DNA of 34,977 bases from a virus (lineage: Duplodnaviria > Caudoviricetes), in the IMG/VR virus record IMGVR_UViG_3300017903_001572, positions 1-34,977 of that record; one strand, given 5' to 3'. The translations under genes and the position numbers were made by a program. This document shows, piece after piece, positions 9,501 through 19,024 of the stretch (its first letter is position 1; each line of letters begins with the position of its first letter). Under the pieces are notes generated by a model, which saw nothing but the letters and a program-made list of their open reading frames with translations, ran no database searches and was not told the DNA's origin.

Positions 9501-12500
9501 TCAAATGCATATACAGATTGAGTTCTTTCACCATCTAGTGCGTCGTGATTGTCAAAGTATTGATTTGTGGCTTCAATTGTCGTTGAGTTTCCGCCACGTG
9601 CTGTATCCTCAGCGACAGCAGCGACAATGATCTTAAGATCTCTAGCACACTTATCTGTAGCGTATTGAGTACCAAAGGTTGTTTCAAGTTCTGTGATTGT
9701 TTGTGAAACGATATCCTGTAAGTTCTCATAGATCAATCTCCTCGCATCTTTAAATCTATAAGCAGATTCTGGAACACCAGGATATGTGAAGTTTGGAAAC
9801 TCATTGTAAATCCTGTGTGTTGCCTCTCTCTGAATGTTAACCTTATTTGCTTCAATTAATGTTGAAGCATCGTAGAATGTACCAGTGTTGATACCACTCC
9901 AAATAAATGTCATCTGAGCGTTATCAGATGGCAAGACACCTGTTGCTGGTGTGATTGCATAATAGAACCCAGATCCTACTTGCAAATACACATTTGGAGC
10001 AATCTGAATAATTGAATTTGTTGTATCTTCGTCTGATGTAGTTATTTCATTACTCAGTAGAGTATTTACAGATGCATTTGATAGTGGAAGTGAATTGTTA
10101 CTAACGCGAATTGTTCTTCCATCTAAAATATGTGTAACAATAGTTCCTTCTGGGAATGCTCTGCCAGCACTAATCTTCATACCAATAGCAATATCGTCAG
10201 TATTGCTAACTGTTACCTCATCTGTTCCTGGTGTCCAGGCAACCTGACGATCAACAAAGTCCCAGTTACGCATTGCCAATTTAGACAAGCGTGTAACATA
10301 TGCAAAAGCATCAATAGTTGCTTCCAGTTCTCCAGAAATATAGTCTAGAACGCCAGATCTGAAGTATGACTCAACAGCAGCAATTGTCTTTTGGTTACCA
10401 CCAAATCTCAAGTCATGTGCTAAAGCATCAACAATTAAACCAATGTCTCTGAAGCACTTAGACTCTAGATTGCCCCATGCAAGTGTTGGATATTTTTCTT
10501 TAACATATCCAAGTGATTCGGACTGAATGAATCCTCTGTTCCTTTCTAACTGATTTGCGGAGTCAATCCAAGTACCACTTCTTTGGAAGATATTTCTAAT
10601 CTTTCTGAGATACTTCTGGTTCAGTGATTCTGTCTTGAATTCAAACCATCTGCCATAGAAAGTAACACCAGGAACTAGTTGACCATCTTTTGTTGATGGT
10701 CCAAGAGGTGGTTCTGCAAATGTAATCTTGTATCCATCAATAGTATATGCAACTCCTGGTTCTTGAATAATACCATCCAGGGTGATTGTCAATGCCTGCT
10801 CATTGTATGGCGATACTAAGTTGTTATCTTCATCAACTAAGTTAAATGTCTTGGTTCCTTGTAGATTTCCTCTATCAGAAAAATCACCATCAAATGCACC
10901 AGAAACATATACTCTTTTTGCTCTAATTTCAGATGTATTGGTGCTGTCTACAGATACTGAACCAACACCCCTCTCAACGTTGAGATTCTGCATCACAACA
11001 ATGTTTTGAGAGACAGTTCTCTTTGTATCAATTACAGTTACTTTGTTTTTATTTGGATCCCAAAGTTGTACAATGCTAGTATTCTTAGTAAATACATCTT
11101 CGCTCATTCTAGACTGCGAAGAAGTTTCAATGTTAACTTCACCAAACAGTTGGAAACCAGCAGGGTGAGTTGTGTCCTTGATCAAATCACGCCAAACATT
11201 GATTGGGGTATTTGACTCTACAACATATGAATAATCTTGGTAGTAATATGAATCAGTAATTCTCTGATTTTGATTGCTTAGTTTTCCATAGTCAGACTCA
11301 TAGTAACCTAGGTTATCATAGAAAGTCTTGATTTGAGGCGAGAATTCTGTATAATCAATAGATTCAATAGTTGCTGTTTTGTTTCTAGAGAGACCAATCA
11401 CGTCTTGATTTTCTCTAAAGATGCCTTCTACTCTATCAACAACTAGTACATTAGATCCTTTTCTCCAAGATGTTACTCTTGCTCTAGCAACTTCAACACC
11501 ACCAGATCTTTGAACAATCGTTTCTCCAACAATAAAAGCGTCTTTTACGAAATTAGAAACTACAAAGATATAGTTTGATCTAAACGAAGACTTGAGAGTT
11601 TGATCATTATGGAATGCTCCACCATTGTTGATAATTCTGACATTTCTTGGAACACCAATGTCCTGACTCTGCAGGAAGCAATTTACATCAGATTCAGCAA
11701 TAGTAATAGTTGGAGCAGTTGTGTAACTAGATCCAGCATCATCAATAATGATGCCCGTTACTTTGCCAGCGTCAACAATAGGTGACAGAATAGCATTTCC
11801 ATCAACTACAACAATAGGCGTGCTATAATTACTGCCTACATTGTCAACAGTTACACTGGAGATTCTTCCATCTTCAATTTGACAGGTTGCTTTTGCAATA
11901 AGAGTTTCGGTTGGAATGATACCCTTTACAACAGGAACTCTCTTATAGTTTCCACCAATATTTGTAATTTTTACAGTATTGATTTGACCAACAGAGAATG
12001 GAGATTTGGAGATATACTCCATAGATCCGCTGCCATCATGTGGTGCTGCAATTCCTGTGGAATACAAGATAGAATCAGAAGTAACATATAGTGTTGTTTT
12101 TTCTCCCTGCAGAGGATCGCTGACAACATTGAAATATGATCCTTCTGAAGATACATTTCCATTCTTATCAAAATAGAAGTATCTAACGAAAGGAACTTCC
12201 TTCTTTGTGCTATAATTGTTAGATGAGATTCTTGATCCAAAACCAAGTTTCAAATCAACAATGCTTCCCGAAGAAGTTTTTTCGGGAGTAATTAGATTTA
12301 GATTGATACTTGGTGAAATATCAAAGTTCACACCAGTCATTGATGAGTGAGAAACATCAAAACTGTATTTGTAGAACTTCTTAACATCAATAACTGGATT
12401 TCTCGTGAATGTAACATTATCTTCCGAGAATTCAAATAGTAGTTGTGGTTCCCCAATGGTTACAATCTTGACTAGTCTCTGATCTACACTTTGATCAAAG

Positions 12501-15500
12501 AAAACAGAACCTAGAGACAACTCATTGATTGTGGATAGAGTTTCTGCATAATCATAGACAAACACTGCTTTCTGTGTTGCTGGGTCATATGACAATACAA
12601 TAGCGTCAGAAGCATCAGAACCAACTTGATATCCAGATGCAAGGTTATATCCAGGATCGTAAATAGTAACAGCAGCACCATTGAAGTGATCTACTGCAGA
12701 TGTGTCAAACTGTGCTCTCTCTACTGTGAGAGCATTATCAGTTCTGGAAATTACCTTGACAATTTCACTGCCAATTCTCAGATAGTCATTTGTAGTAATA
12801 CCAATGCCACTATCAACATTTAATACTGCATTTTGAATTGAGAATCCAACATGATCAACACTTAACTGTAATCTTGGTGTTGTAGAATCAGTTTTTGTTA
12901 GGGCAGTATCACCAACTGTTAAAAGATCAAACTTAGAGTATCCAGTTCCTTTATTTGTAATATCAACACTGGTTACTGATCCTGATGCAGATACGACAAT
13001 GGTTGCTTCGGCACCACTTCCTGTTCCACCAACCAATGCAATGCCAGTGTATGTGTTTGGCGTGTAGTCTTCACCACCATTTAAAATAGCAACTCTTCCA
13101 ATTCCACTATCGCTGAGAACCCTGTCTACGCCTGGGGTTTCAAAGGTTGCTTCTTGATAAATTCTCTTCCTTACATAGTAAGTTGTATTTGTAGTAGTAT
13201 CGTCTGGATTGATGTCAATTGTAATTTTTTCGTTGACACCAACACCATGTGCATCTGCCGTTCTCAGCAGAGCTACATTGTCAGTAATTCTAAAGATAGG
13301 TAAATCTTGACTCAGTGGAGTGAGTGAGAAGATCTTAGATCCAGTTGTATTGATAAGATCAGAACTGCTAAGGAAAAGATCATCGGATACAGTAAATACT
13401 CCTGTCAAAACTTTGACTTTTACTGTATTTTGTGCTGTAGTTCCTTCTAAAACTTCACCAGTTGCTACGGGAGCATTTACACCATCGGAAAGTGATAGAG
13501 TAGCACCTTTTGTGTATGACGAGTCTTTGTCAAGCAGAATTGACAATACTAGAGTTGTTGATGAAAACACTCTAGAAGAATCAAACACACCAGTGACATT
13601 GCGGATTGCTAGTTTGTTTGCTGTGAATACATTACCAACAATCTCACCTGTAGCACCAGTTCCTTGCTGGATAATAGTGTCTCCATCAAACAAGTATGCA
13701 TCTCTAACTAGTTCAATGAATAGGCACTTGTTTTGTTGAGACTCAATTGCAGAAACTTGTCTTCCTTTTACAGATTCTACCTCACCCTCTGCACCAGATC
13801 CACTAGTTTGATTGTCATCAATAATTAACTCAGATCCAACCGAGTAAACTGATGTTCCTCCTGATACAACAGCAGAAGAAACACTACCTCTAATTACGTC
13901 ATCAATTATAGCGATAGTTTGATCACCGTTTTTATCAATGTCACTAGTTCTCAAACGATTTGCACCAACAGGAAGATCATCCTGTGAAATTGGTGAATTG
14001 TAATTTGAATCTAGTGGCAGCGAGTAATAGTTTTCACCAACAATATATGGAAACTCAGGAACATTGGTGGCACTTACTGTAATGAAGTATGCATATGTTC
14101 CTTGTGGAAATTCTGGTGTAACGCAGAATCTACCATTGTTCTCATCCAATGAACCAGATCTATCAACGTATGTGTAGTCGTTTATAAACGTGCCTAGTGG
14201 ATATGTGATAGTATTAGGACCATTGTCTCTAGAAATATTTCTAGAATAACTTGTAGTCATTCTAACAATAGAACTGGATGGGTCTACAGCATCCGAAAAA
14301 CCATAAGGACCATAAATGGGATTACCATCATAAGCAAATCCAAGAATAGGAGAGTGAGTAGATCCATTGTCATTCGCTCTTAGTGTAACAGGTGACGCAT
14401 AGTAAGCATAACCAGTTCCACGTGATGGAATAAAGTTGGTAAAGAAATGTCCATTTTCGGAGTCTAAAACGGAAGAAACCCGATTATACCTATCTTTTCT
14501 CCATACTTTGATGTCAGCAGTAGCGGATGCACCAGAACCAACAGCAATAATGTCTACGACTACGTTCTCCTGTGTATAGAAACTACCACCACTGACTTTT
14601 GTAAATCCAGTGATCTCACCAGAAGTTGCAATTTCAGCAGTGTAGTCGGCAAAACGACCTTTGCCAGCATTATCAGTAATTCTTACCTCTGGAGGAGATG
14701 AATAATACTCACCTGCATTATCAATTACAATACTGGTAATTTCTCCATTGGTAACAACTGCTGTTGCTTGTGCATATCTGCCAGAAACAATCTCTACAGT
14801 AGGAGTTGCAGCATAATTACCAGGAGTATCAACAATTACAGACTCAACTACCTGTCCAGCAAGTCTAGTTCTTGCAAGATTTGCTACACCATCAATAAGA
14901 ACAAATGGTTCTCTTTGATATCCTCTACCTCTAGCAGTTACATTAATCTTTTGAATAGGACCATTTAAAACAACCTCCTCATCCTTGTAACTTAGGAATG
15001 GAATACCATTTGTAGCAATGCCAACATCTCTATACTTAGTCTCATAAATCTCGGTTGTTGAGATTGGATTCTTTCTAATGATTCTAAGCAACTTCTGATC
15101 TTGGACATCTACTGGAACAGTTGCAGATGCAGAAATGATGTCATGTCCAGGGAATCCAGATGAGGTAATATAGTATCCCTCACCATCTTCAAAAATTGCA
15201 GAAACGTTTGCATTCAAATCTGCAATAGATGCAGACAAACCAGCATGATTTTGAGATGCTGGGACAGAAGCAGTAGTGTCCCACCTTAAATTATTCTGAG
15301 CATCAAAGATTTTGACATCATTTGTCAAGAATCCTGGTTCTGAAATCTCTAACTTGTCACCAGGATTTGAATATGGGTGCTGAGAAGAGGTTTCCGTAGC
15401 GTACAAGACACCATAAACCAACATAGTCACACCCGCACCAGAAACATTGGCACCATAGGTTACAGACGATCCTACGGGGTGTGTGCCAGTTCCTGTTCTG

Positions 15501-16567
15501 GACTTAAGGATGAACTGATTTACATTCTTATCCTCAAATGTAAATGTCTCAGATCCAATCTTGAATTCTCCAGTCTTCTTCCATCCCATTGTTGAGAAGA
15601 CGTTGATTCTGTTACCAGAAACAACAGAAGCATCAACTAGTTCTGTAAGTTTGGTTCTAGCAGCGATAGAAAATGTTCCATTGACTGATTGCTCAGACAA
15701 GATCAACTCATAAAGATCTTCGCCATCAAATCTTCCAGCATATCTAATGTTATCAACAACAGCAGCAGCATAGTTACCAACTACATCCTGAACGATTGTT
15801 TTTCCGATTAGATCTTCTACTGCACCAGAAAGAACTTTTACTTTCAGAGCATATACATTAATCCAGTTTGAATCTGAAGATTTCAGCGTGAAATCTTTTG
15901 GATATGAAACCTCTGGTTCTGGATCAGAATCAATTAATGCTTTAAATAAAAATTTAATAGAACTATCTGTACCTTTTGACCTGTAGAACGATCCGATATT
16001 TTTAATTAACGTTCTTTTATCAATATCTTTTTTGAGATATTCTTCAGGGAAATCTGCTAGGTACTGACTTTCAAAACTTTTGATGAAAGCATACAAAAAT
16101 AAGTTGCTGATATTTTGTACTGTTGATCCAGCAACATGATCAGCAGACTGAGTGGTGATAAAATTACTTTCTTTATATAAATCACCGATAGTGGTGTTTC
16201 CACTTACACCGCGACTAACTTCTAAAAACTGTGTATCTGTTCTTTGATGATAGAAACAAATCTCATCATCAATTTTAATGTACCCACCATTCTTTGGAAA
16301 TGATGTTGCATCATCAACTGTAATAGTATTAGCGGTCTTCTGAATAAATCCAGTCAATGTTGTTGATTGCTTGAGAATATTCTTCTCGTAGAAATCAATA
16401 TTACGATATGTTTGGATATTAGAAATGATATCCAAGGGTTGACCTTGGATTTCTAACTGCTCATAGTATTTCTGTATAAACTTACTAAAAAGTTCATACT
16501 CTTCATTAATGAAGTCTGGTAGTTGGGACTCAACTAGAAATGAGATTTTATTAGCAGTCTTAAGCAT
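6533..16567 (-). CDS. gp7: Baseplate wedge initiator gp7, giant multidomain form (3344 aa)
   Basis: ESQLPDFINEEY…FIQKYYE, FYRSKGTDSSIKFLF and YYQDYSYVV…WRDLIKDTTHPAGFQLFGEV signatures. Also a YHYH-like domain, repeated G-x-GY-x3-P-x-V beta modules and three C-x-RD…GGN helical repeats. Lies between gp6 and gp8. Confidence 0.88.
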   Translation of the reverse strand: MLKTANKISFLVESQLPDFINEEYELFSKFIQKYYEQLEIQGQPLDIISNIQTYRNIDFYEKNILKQSTTLTGFIQKTANTITVDDATSFPKNGGYIKIDDEICFYHQRTDTQFLEVSRGVSGNTTIGDLYKESNFITTQSADHVAGSTVQNISNLFLYAFIKSFESQYLADFPEEYLKKDIDKRTLIKNIGSFYRSKGTDSSIKFLFKALIDSDPEPEVSYPKDFTLKSSDSNWINVYALKVKVLSGAVEDLIGKTIVQDVVGNYAAAVVDNIRYAGRFDGEDLYELILSEQSVNGTFSIAARTKLTELVDASVVSGNRINVFSTMGWKKTGEFKIGSETFTFEDKNVNQFILKSRTGTGTHPVGSSVTYGANVSGAGVTMLVYGVLYATETSSQHPYSNPGDKLEISEPGFLTNDVKIFDAQNNLRWDTTASVPASQNHAGLSASIADLNANVSAIFEDGEGYYITSSGFPGHDIISASATVPVDVQDQKLLRIIRKNPISTTEIYETKYRDVGIATNGIPFLSYKDEEVVLNGPIQKINVTARGRGYQREPFVLIDGVANLARTRLAGQVVESVIVDTPGNYAATPTVEIVSGRYAQATAVVTNGEITSIVIDNAGEYYSSPPEVRITDNAGKGRFADYTAEIATSGEITGFTKVSGGSFYTQENVVVDIIAVGSGASATADIKVWRKDRYNRVSSVLDSENGHFFTNFIPSRGTGYAYYASPVTLRANDNGSTHSPILGFAYDGNPIYGPYGFSDAVDPSSSIVRMTTSYSRNISRDNGPNTITYPLGTFINDYTYVDRSGSLDENNGRFCVTPEFPQGTYAYFITVSATNVPEFPYIVGENYYSLPLDSNYNSPISQDDLPVGANRLRTSDIDKNGDQTIAIIDDVIRGSVSSAVVSGGTSVYSVGSELIIDDNQTSGSGAEGEVESVKGRQVSAIESQQNKCLFIELVRDAYLFDGDTIIQQGTGATGEIVGNVFTANKLAIRNVTGVFDSSRVFSSTTLVLSILLDKDSSYTKGATLSLSDGVNAPVATGEVLEGTTAQNTVKVKVLTGVFTVSDDLFLSSSDLINTTGSKIFSLTPLSQDLPIFRITDNVALLRTADAHGVGVNEKITIDINPDDTTTNTTYYVRKRIYQEATFETPGVDRVLSDSGIGRVAILNGGEDYTPNTYTGIALVGGTGSGAEATIVVSASGSVTSVDITNKGTGYSKFDLLTVGDTALTKTDSTTPRLQLSVDHVGFSIQNAVLNVDSGIGITTNDYLRIGSEIVKVISRTDNALTVERAQFDTSAVDHFNGAAVTIYDPGYNLASGYQVGSDASDAIVLSYDPATQKAVFVYDYAETLSTINELSLGSVFFDQSVDQRLVKIVTIGEPQLLFEFSEDNVTFTRNPVIDVKKFYKYSFDVSHSSMTGVNFDISPSINLNLITPEKTSSGSIVDLKLGFGSRISSNNYSTKKEVPFVRYFYFDKNGNVSSEGSYFNVVSDPLQGEKTTLYVTSDSILYSTGIAAPHDGSGSMEYISKSPFSVGQINTVKITNIGGNYKRVPVVKGIIPTETLIAKATCQIEDGRISSVTVDNVGSNYSTPIVVVDGNAILSPIVDAGKVTGIIIDDAGSSYTTAPTITIAESDVNCFLQSQDIGVPRNVRIINNGGAFHNDQTLKSSFRSNYIFVVSNFVKDAFIVGETIVQRSGGVEVARARVTSWRKGSNVLVVDRVEGIFRENQDVIGLSRNKTATIESIDYTEFSPQIKTFYDNLGYYESDYGKLSNQNQRITDSYYYQDYSYVVESNTPINVWRDLIKDTTHPAGFQLFGEVNIETSSQSRMSEDVFTKNTSIVQLWDPNKNKVTVIDTKRTVSQNIVVMQNLNVERGVGSVSVDSTNTSEIRAKRVYVSGAFDGDFSDRGNLQGTKTFNLVDEDNNLVSPYNEQALTITLDGIIQEPGVAYTIDGYKITFAEPPLGPSTKDGQLVPGVTFYGRWFEFKTESLNQKYLRKIRNIFQRSGTWIDSANQLERNRGFIQSESLGYVKEKYPTLAWGNLESKCFRDIGLIVDALAHDLRFGGNQKTIAAVESYFRSGVLDYISGELEATIDAFAYVTRLSKLAMRNWDFVDRQVAWTPGTDEVTVSNTDDIAIGMKISAGRAFPEGTIVTHILDGRTIRVSNNSLPLSNASVNTLLSNEITTSDEDTTNSIIQIAPNVYLQVGSGFYYAITPATGVLPSDNAQMTFIWSGINTGTFYDASTLIEANKVNIQREATHRIYNEFPNFTYPGVPESAYRFKDARRLIYENLQDIVSQTITELETTFGTQYATDKCARDLKIIVAAVAEDTARGGNSTTIEATNQYFDNHDALDGERTQSVYAFEYARELCIEALNNRGTYTDANIILVPECNNVNSAVTTLFDILISAITNNQKPTLTKNTGIESWVKAEDFCFRDTGLLVDAVVYCLRYGGNEKVIEFANSYFNNYKLNHIAGELRETIYAYNQARDLMILAMRNQISGNTIIAPATDPLVRVDTTAPYCAEVESTITTFAQIVEDTLEGGPDRIAVVPQNPNSTGNWTTLRSYTNINILPDPQLVNGILKECEEVASALDSLYENIRATLTTGEGTASVSYPDYIDNENTIFDLYYEDGTPVSTDPKEDLFIALSGVLQHETAYSIDRTSIPNKVVFATPPIWGQEDNTKTVQEPLAVEKFFAHSVGNYLRCEIDTSGILTGSAGPFLILDSDDLKVKTIDDPRFAFVFIDGVLQRDTRSYSINGPAITFTRKIFIDNKVEIILLYGRDTEQTITLYDFERNTYYNKLTLTCDAGSANTFDDWKSWYNTSYDGYQVAYQKVGGIKRFIGNIKGYSTTANTLVITFAGINPNLDNSSIFFSGTSDFSDEYELDFTTNTITVARDEDNDYKMQRNATKWLYGTKKADESFYVKKNLLANLNAGDIIKISGEDSYRTVNELPQFVSPKNYRPGEDVSNDFFGSIVTTNYNGDTRGVGLSVTCSIENGQVSSLTWNKKDLQLLFDEGIIQPTTAYGYDTPPILQFIPVDQNGGGARAEVIVSRGQIIDIVITNPGSGYTSSPKVVTARQYDIIKQRGRKVDSLVNLTIGSQIQQQSPVTANTTFDFATGIEMQTSFVTSFTILPFDVQLILQERIDLTPLSISREYILFNPTSTGEVVMPQSQPSSNGISILELDRSIISQPSLSVEVVGTRSYAPSVGSISYGFAQWESAKFMNTGDIISASGDPVSEVSLQDLEYFEINADGTFNPSNPNRVFNLAYPSINYYLTQLDTSDLPAEGGAGYVATNGVVYTNTTNYPPSGTILVGREQISYTSKLNDRFLGCTRGVNGTPIEFHAIGEYIRNAL

Positions 16568-16573
16568 CTACTA

Positions 16574-18373
16574 CTACTCTTTGTATGCTACAAATTTACT
16601 CTTTGATATATCAACATCCAGATATACCTCACGCTTTACTTCAATATCTTTATTTGCAGGTTTGACTCTTAGTTCAACGCGGTTGTCTGAGAATGAACCT
16701 TTTAGGATAGTGAAGTCATATAACATAATTTCACCCTTGGCATAATCAATATCGCCAATAGAATCATTCAGGAGAATTTTTTCTCCAGTCGTGGGATCTA
16801 GTCTATATAGGACCATTTTGCCAGATCTATCCTCAAGATATGTGGTGTAATCTGGGTATTCAAAGACTGTCATTCCAGTAGAAGAAACAACTGGTTTATC
16901 ACAATCTTCTAGGAATGGATTTTGATAACAAATCTCGTAGTATGAGGTAGAATTGATTTGTGCATAGAAATCTTTCCTCATTGTAATCGTGGTGCTATTT
17001 GAGTTGATAGCACGATCAGCACCATCAATTACACCAACAAATTTACTATAACGAAACTTGCCATTGAACTTCTCTGTTAGGGAAGTATTCAAGTATTCCG
17101 AAATACCAGAAGATACCTTCGCTGCTACCTGAGCAGGAAGTAGAGTTGTTCTGGATCCATCAAAATAAATGGAACTATCAATCTCAATATACAGAATTGA
17201 TGGATCAATGAATTCTGGTTGAATAGATGCAACAGTATACTTTCTAAGTTCTCTCTTTAATTCTGTTTTTGTGTATGAAGAAAGACTTGATGCCTCAGTT
17301 GGTTTTACTGCAATAAAGACTTTTCCATATGCAGGGGGTTCCTGGTCTTCTCCACCAAAAACAATAATGTCACTAACTGCTGGATAAAGATTTCTTACAA
17401 TAGCAGCATAATCATTTGCAGTTACTGCTCTATTCTGAGAACCGTAAAACCTAGGAGCATTATATTTAATTTTTGCAATACTCTCAATGTCAGCACCGCC
17501 ACTTGCCTTTTCAACGGTTGTAATTGCTACATTGAATGGTATGCTGATGTTGATGCCGTCACCATCTGTTACTTGACCATTAAAATTAAAAGTTTTGGCA
17601 CCGTTTGTTACCGCACCATTGGTAACAATATAAGTCATCTCTATGACTTGATTATTTTCTAACTTCTTACCAATAATACCATCACCAAAGAATACTTCAT
17701 ATCTTTCATCTTCAATTTCACTGATGAAGTATACCTTATCCTCAGCACCAATATTCAAAATATTATCAGAAACTTGATACTCTTCAAATATATTTGAATT
17801 TGGTGACTGATAAACTCTGATGTTTAGAGTGCTTAAATCCGCCGATGGATTATTAACTTGGAATTTTTGATCTTTTAAAGTTGTGTTAACAACCGTTCTT
17901 GTAGTGATAAAAGATCCTTCATAAACCTCAAGATCTTCAAACGTCGCAACACCATTGACAACGGGTGCTCTCCTATCTTCATTCAATACAAAACGATATA
18001 GAGATCCGTCGTAATTTGTAACAAATCCAGAACCTGCCTTAAAGATAACTGCAGCAGGAGCAGTTCCTGGGAAAGTAATTGTTGTGTCAACAAATGCCTT
18101 TGGTGCGGTTACTGACTTGGGATTATATCCGAGTTGCTTTGCTAGTGCTACTACATTATCTCTCAGAGTAGCAGAATCCAAAAACAACTCATTTACCACC
18201 ATGTTCGTATTGAACGCAGTGTAATAAGTGTTATACGCCAGAACGTCTAATAGTTGACTTAATGCCGAAGCTTCAAAGTCATAGTCAACAAAATCCGACT
18301 GAGATCTCATGTACTCTTTCAGAGCCGTTTTGATATCAGTAAAATCTAGATTGTTTAACTGAGTGTATGGCAT
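16574..18373 (-). CDS. gp6: Baseplate wedge subunit gp6 (599 aa)
   Basis: LDFTDIK…FVDYDFEASALSQLLDVLAYNTYY…NELFLDSATLRDNVVALAKQLGY and QNRAVTANDY motifs. Confidence 0.95.
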   Translation of the reverse strand: MPYTQLNNLDFTDIKTALKEYMRSQSDFVDYDFEASALSQLLDVLAYNTYYTAFNTNMVVNELFLDSATLRDNVVALAKQLGYNPKSVTAPKAFVDTTITFPGTAPAAVIFKAGSGFVTNYDGSLYRFVLNEDRRAPVVNGVATFEDLEVYEGSFITTRTVVNTTLKDQKFQVNNPSADLSTLNIRVYQSPNSNIFEEYQVSDNILNIGAEDKVYFISEIEDERYEVFFGDGIIGKKLENNQVIEMTYIVTNGAVTNGAKTFNFNGQVTDGDGINISIPFNVAITTVEKASGGADIESIAKIKYNAPRFYGSQNRAVTANDYAAIVRNLYPAVSDIIVFGGEDQEPPAYGKVFIAVKPTEASSLSSYTKTELKRELRKYTVASIQPEFIDPSILYIEIDSSIYFDGSRTTLLPAQVAAKVSSGISEYLNTSLTEKFNGKFRYSKFVGVIDGADRAINSNSTTITMRKDFYAQINSTSYYEICYQNPFLEDCDKPVVSSTGMTVFEYPDYTTYLEDRSGKMVLYRLDPTTGEKILLNDSIGDIDYAKGEIMLYDFTILKGSFSDNRVELRVKPANKDIEVKREVYLDVDISKSKFVAYKE

Positions 18374-18765
18374 TACCTTGTTCTAACTAAGAAAAATTCT
18401 ACCGCAACAGGTGGGAGATCAGAACCTCTGATTTCAAATGTCAACTCAACATCAAAACCATTGTCATCAAACTTTGGTGTTGTTGATAATGATAAAATTT
18501 GGACCCTTGGTTCAAATGTATTGATGGTGTATCTAATATTAGTATTGACTTGACCAGCAGTAGCATAATCCAGGGGTTCAAACAAGAAGTTCCTAATATT
18601 TGATCCATAATCTGGATCAAACAACTTCTCTCCCTTATTTGTTAATAATAAATTAACTATCGCCTGTTTAATTGCAGCATTATCCTTACTGACAACAACG
18701 TCATCAGTTACAGGATGCTTCTTAAAAGCAACATTTACATCTCTAAACGAGAGTGATTCTGCCAT
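18373..18765 (-). CDS. gp25: Baseplate wedge / sheath initiator gp25 (130 aa)
   Basis: AIKQAIVNLLLTNKGEKLFDPDYGS…LFEP…INTFEPRV motif. ATG at 18765; its stop overlaps the gp6 start. Confidence 0.93.
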   Translation of the reverse strand: MAESLSFRDVNVAFKKHPVTDDVVVSKDNAAIKQAIVNLLLTNKGEKLFDPDYGSNIRNFLFEPLDYATAGQVNTNIRYTINTFEPRVQILSLSTTPKFDDNGFDVELTFEIRGSDLPPVAVEFFLVRTR

Positions 18766-18787
18766 CAAACCTATACGAAGTCATTAG

Positions 18788-19024
18788 TTATTTAGTGCCT
18801 TCAGTCCAACGTTCCACAAAATCATCAAAACCGCCAGCACCACCACAAGGACGACTCATGCGATCCTGAGGAATGTCATAAAGTTCTTCTTTACGCTTGT
18901 TACGATTTCTCTTTGCTGCCAAGTCCAGATAGCGATCACTATCAGTCTCGGTGATGAGAGTCATGCCCTCATCAATAAAATCTTTACTTTTATCTACTGG
19001 TGAGTTACCCATGATTTCCTCCAT
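18788..19024 (-). CDS. Hypothetical protein (78 aa), cyanophage-type
   Basis: Coupled to the upstream gene by a TAATG overlap. MGNSPVDKSK…GMTLITE…RPCGGAGGFDDFVERW. Confidence 0.75.
   Translation of the reverse strand: MEEIMGNSPVDKSKDFIDEGMTLITETDSDRYLDLAAKRNRNKRKEELYDIPQDRMSRPCGGAGGFDDFVERWTEGTK
18789..18795 (-). promoter_or_regulatory. Late promoter-like CTAAATA upstream of gp25
   Basis: tatttag on +, 23 nt upstream of the gp25 ATG; variant of the T4-like late -10 box. Confidence 0.55.

Noticed and set aside
6533-16567. Intein or intron explaining the size of gp7
   Set aside because: Continuous ORF with no evident C…HN-(C/S/T) splice junctions or LAGLIDADG motifs; size is explained by accreted structural modules.
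116-16745. Numerous 60-150 aa plus-strand ORFs and short alternative-frame minus-strand ORFs inside the structural genes
   Set aside because: Shadows of long, well-supported minus-strand genes; no motifs or expression signals.
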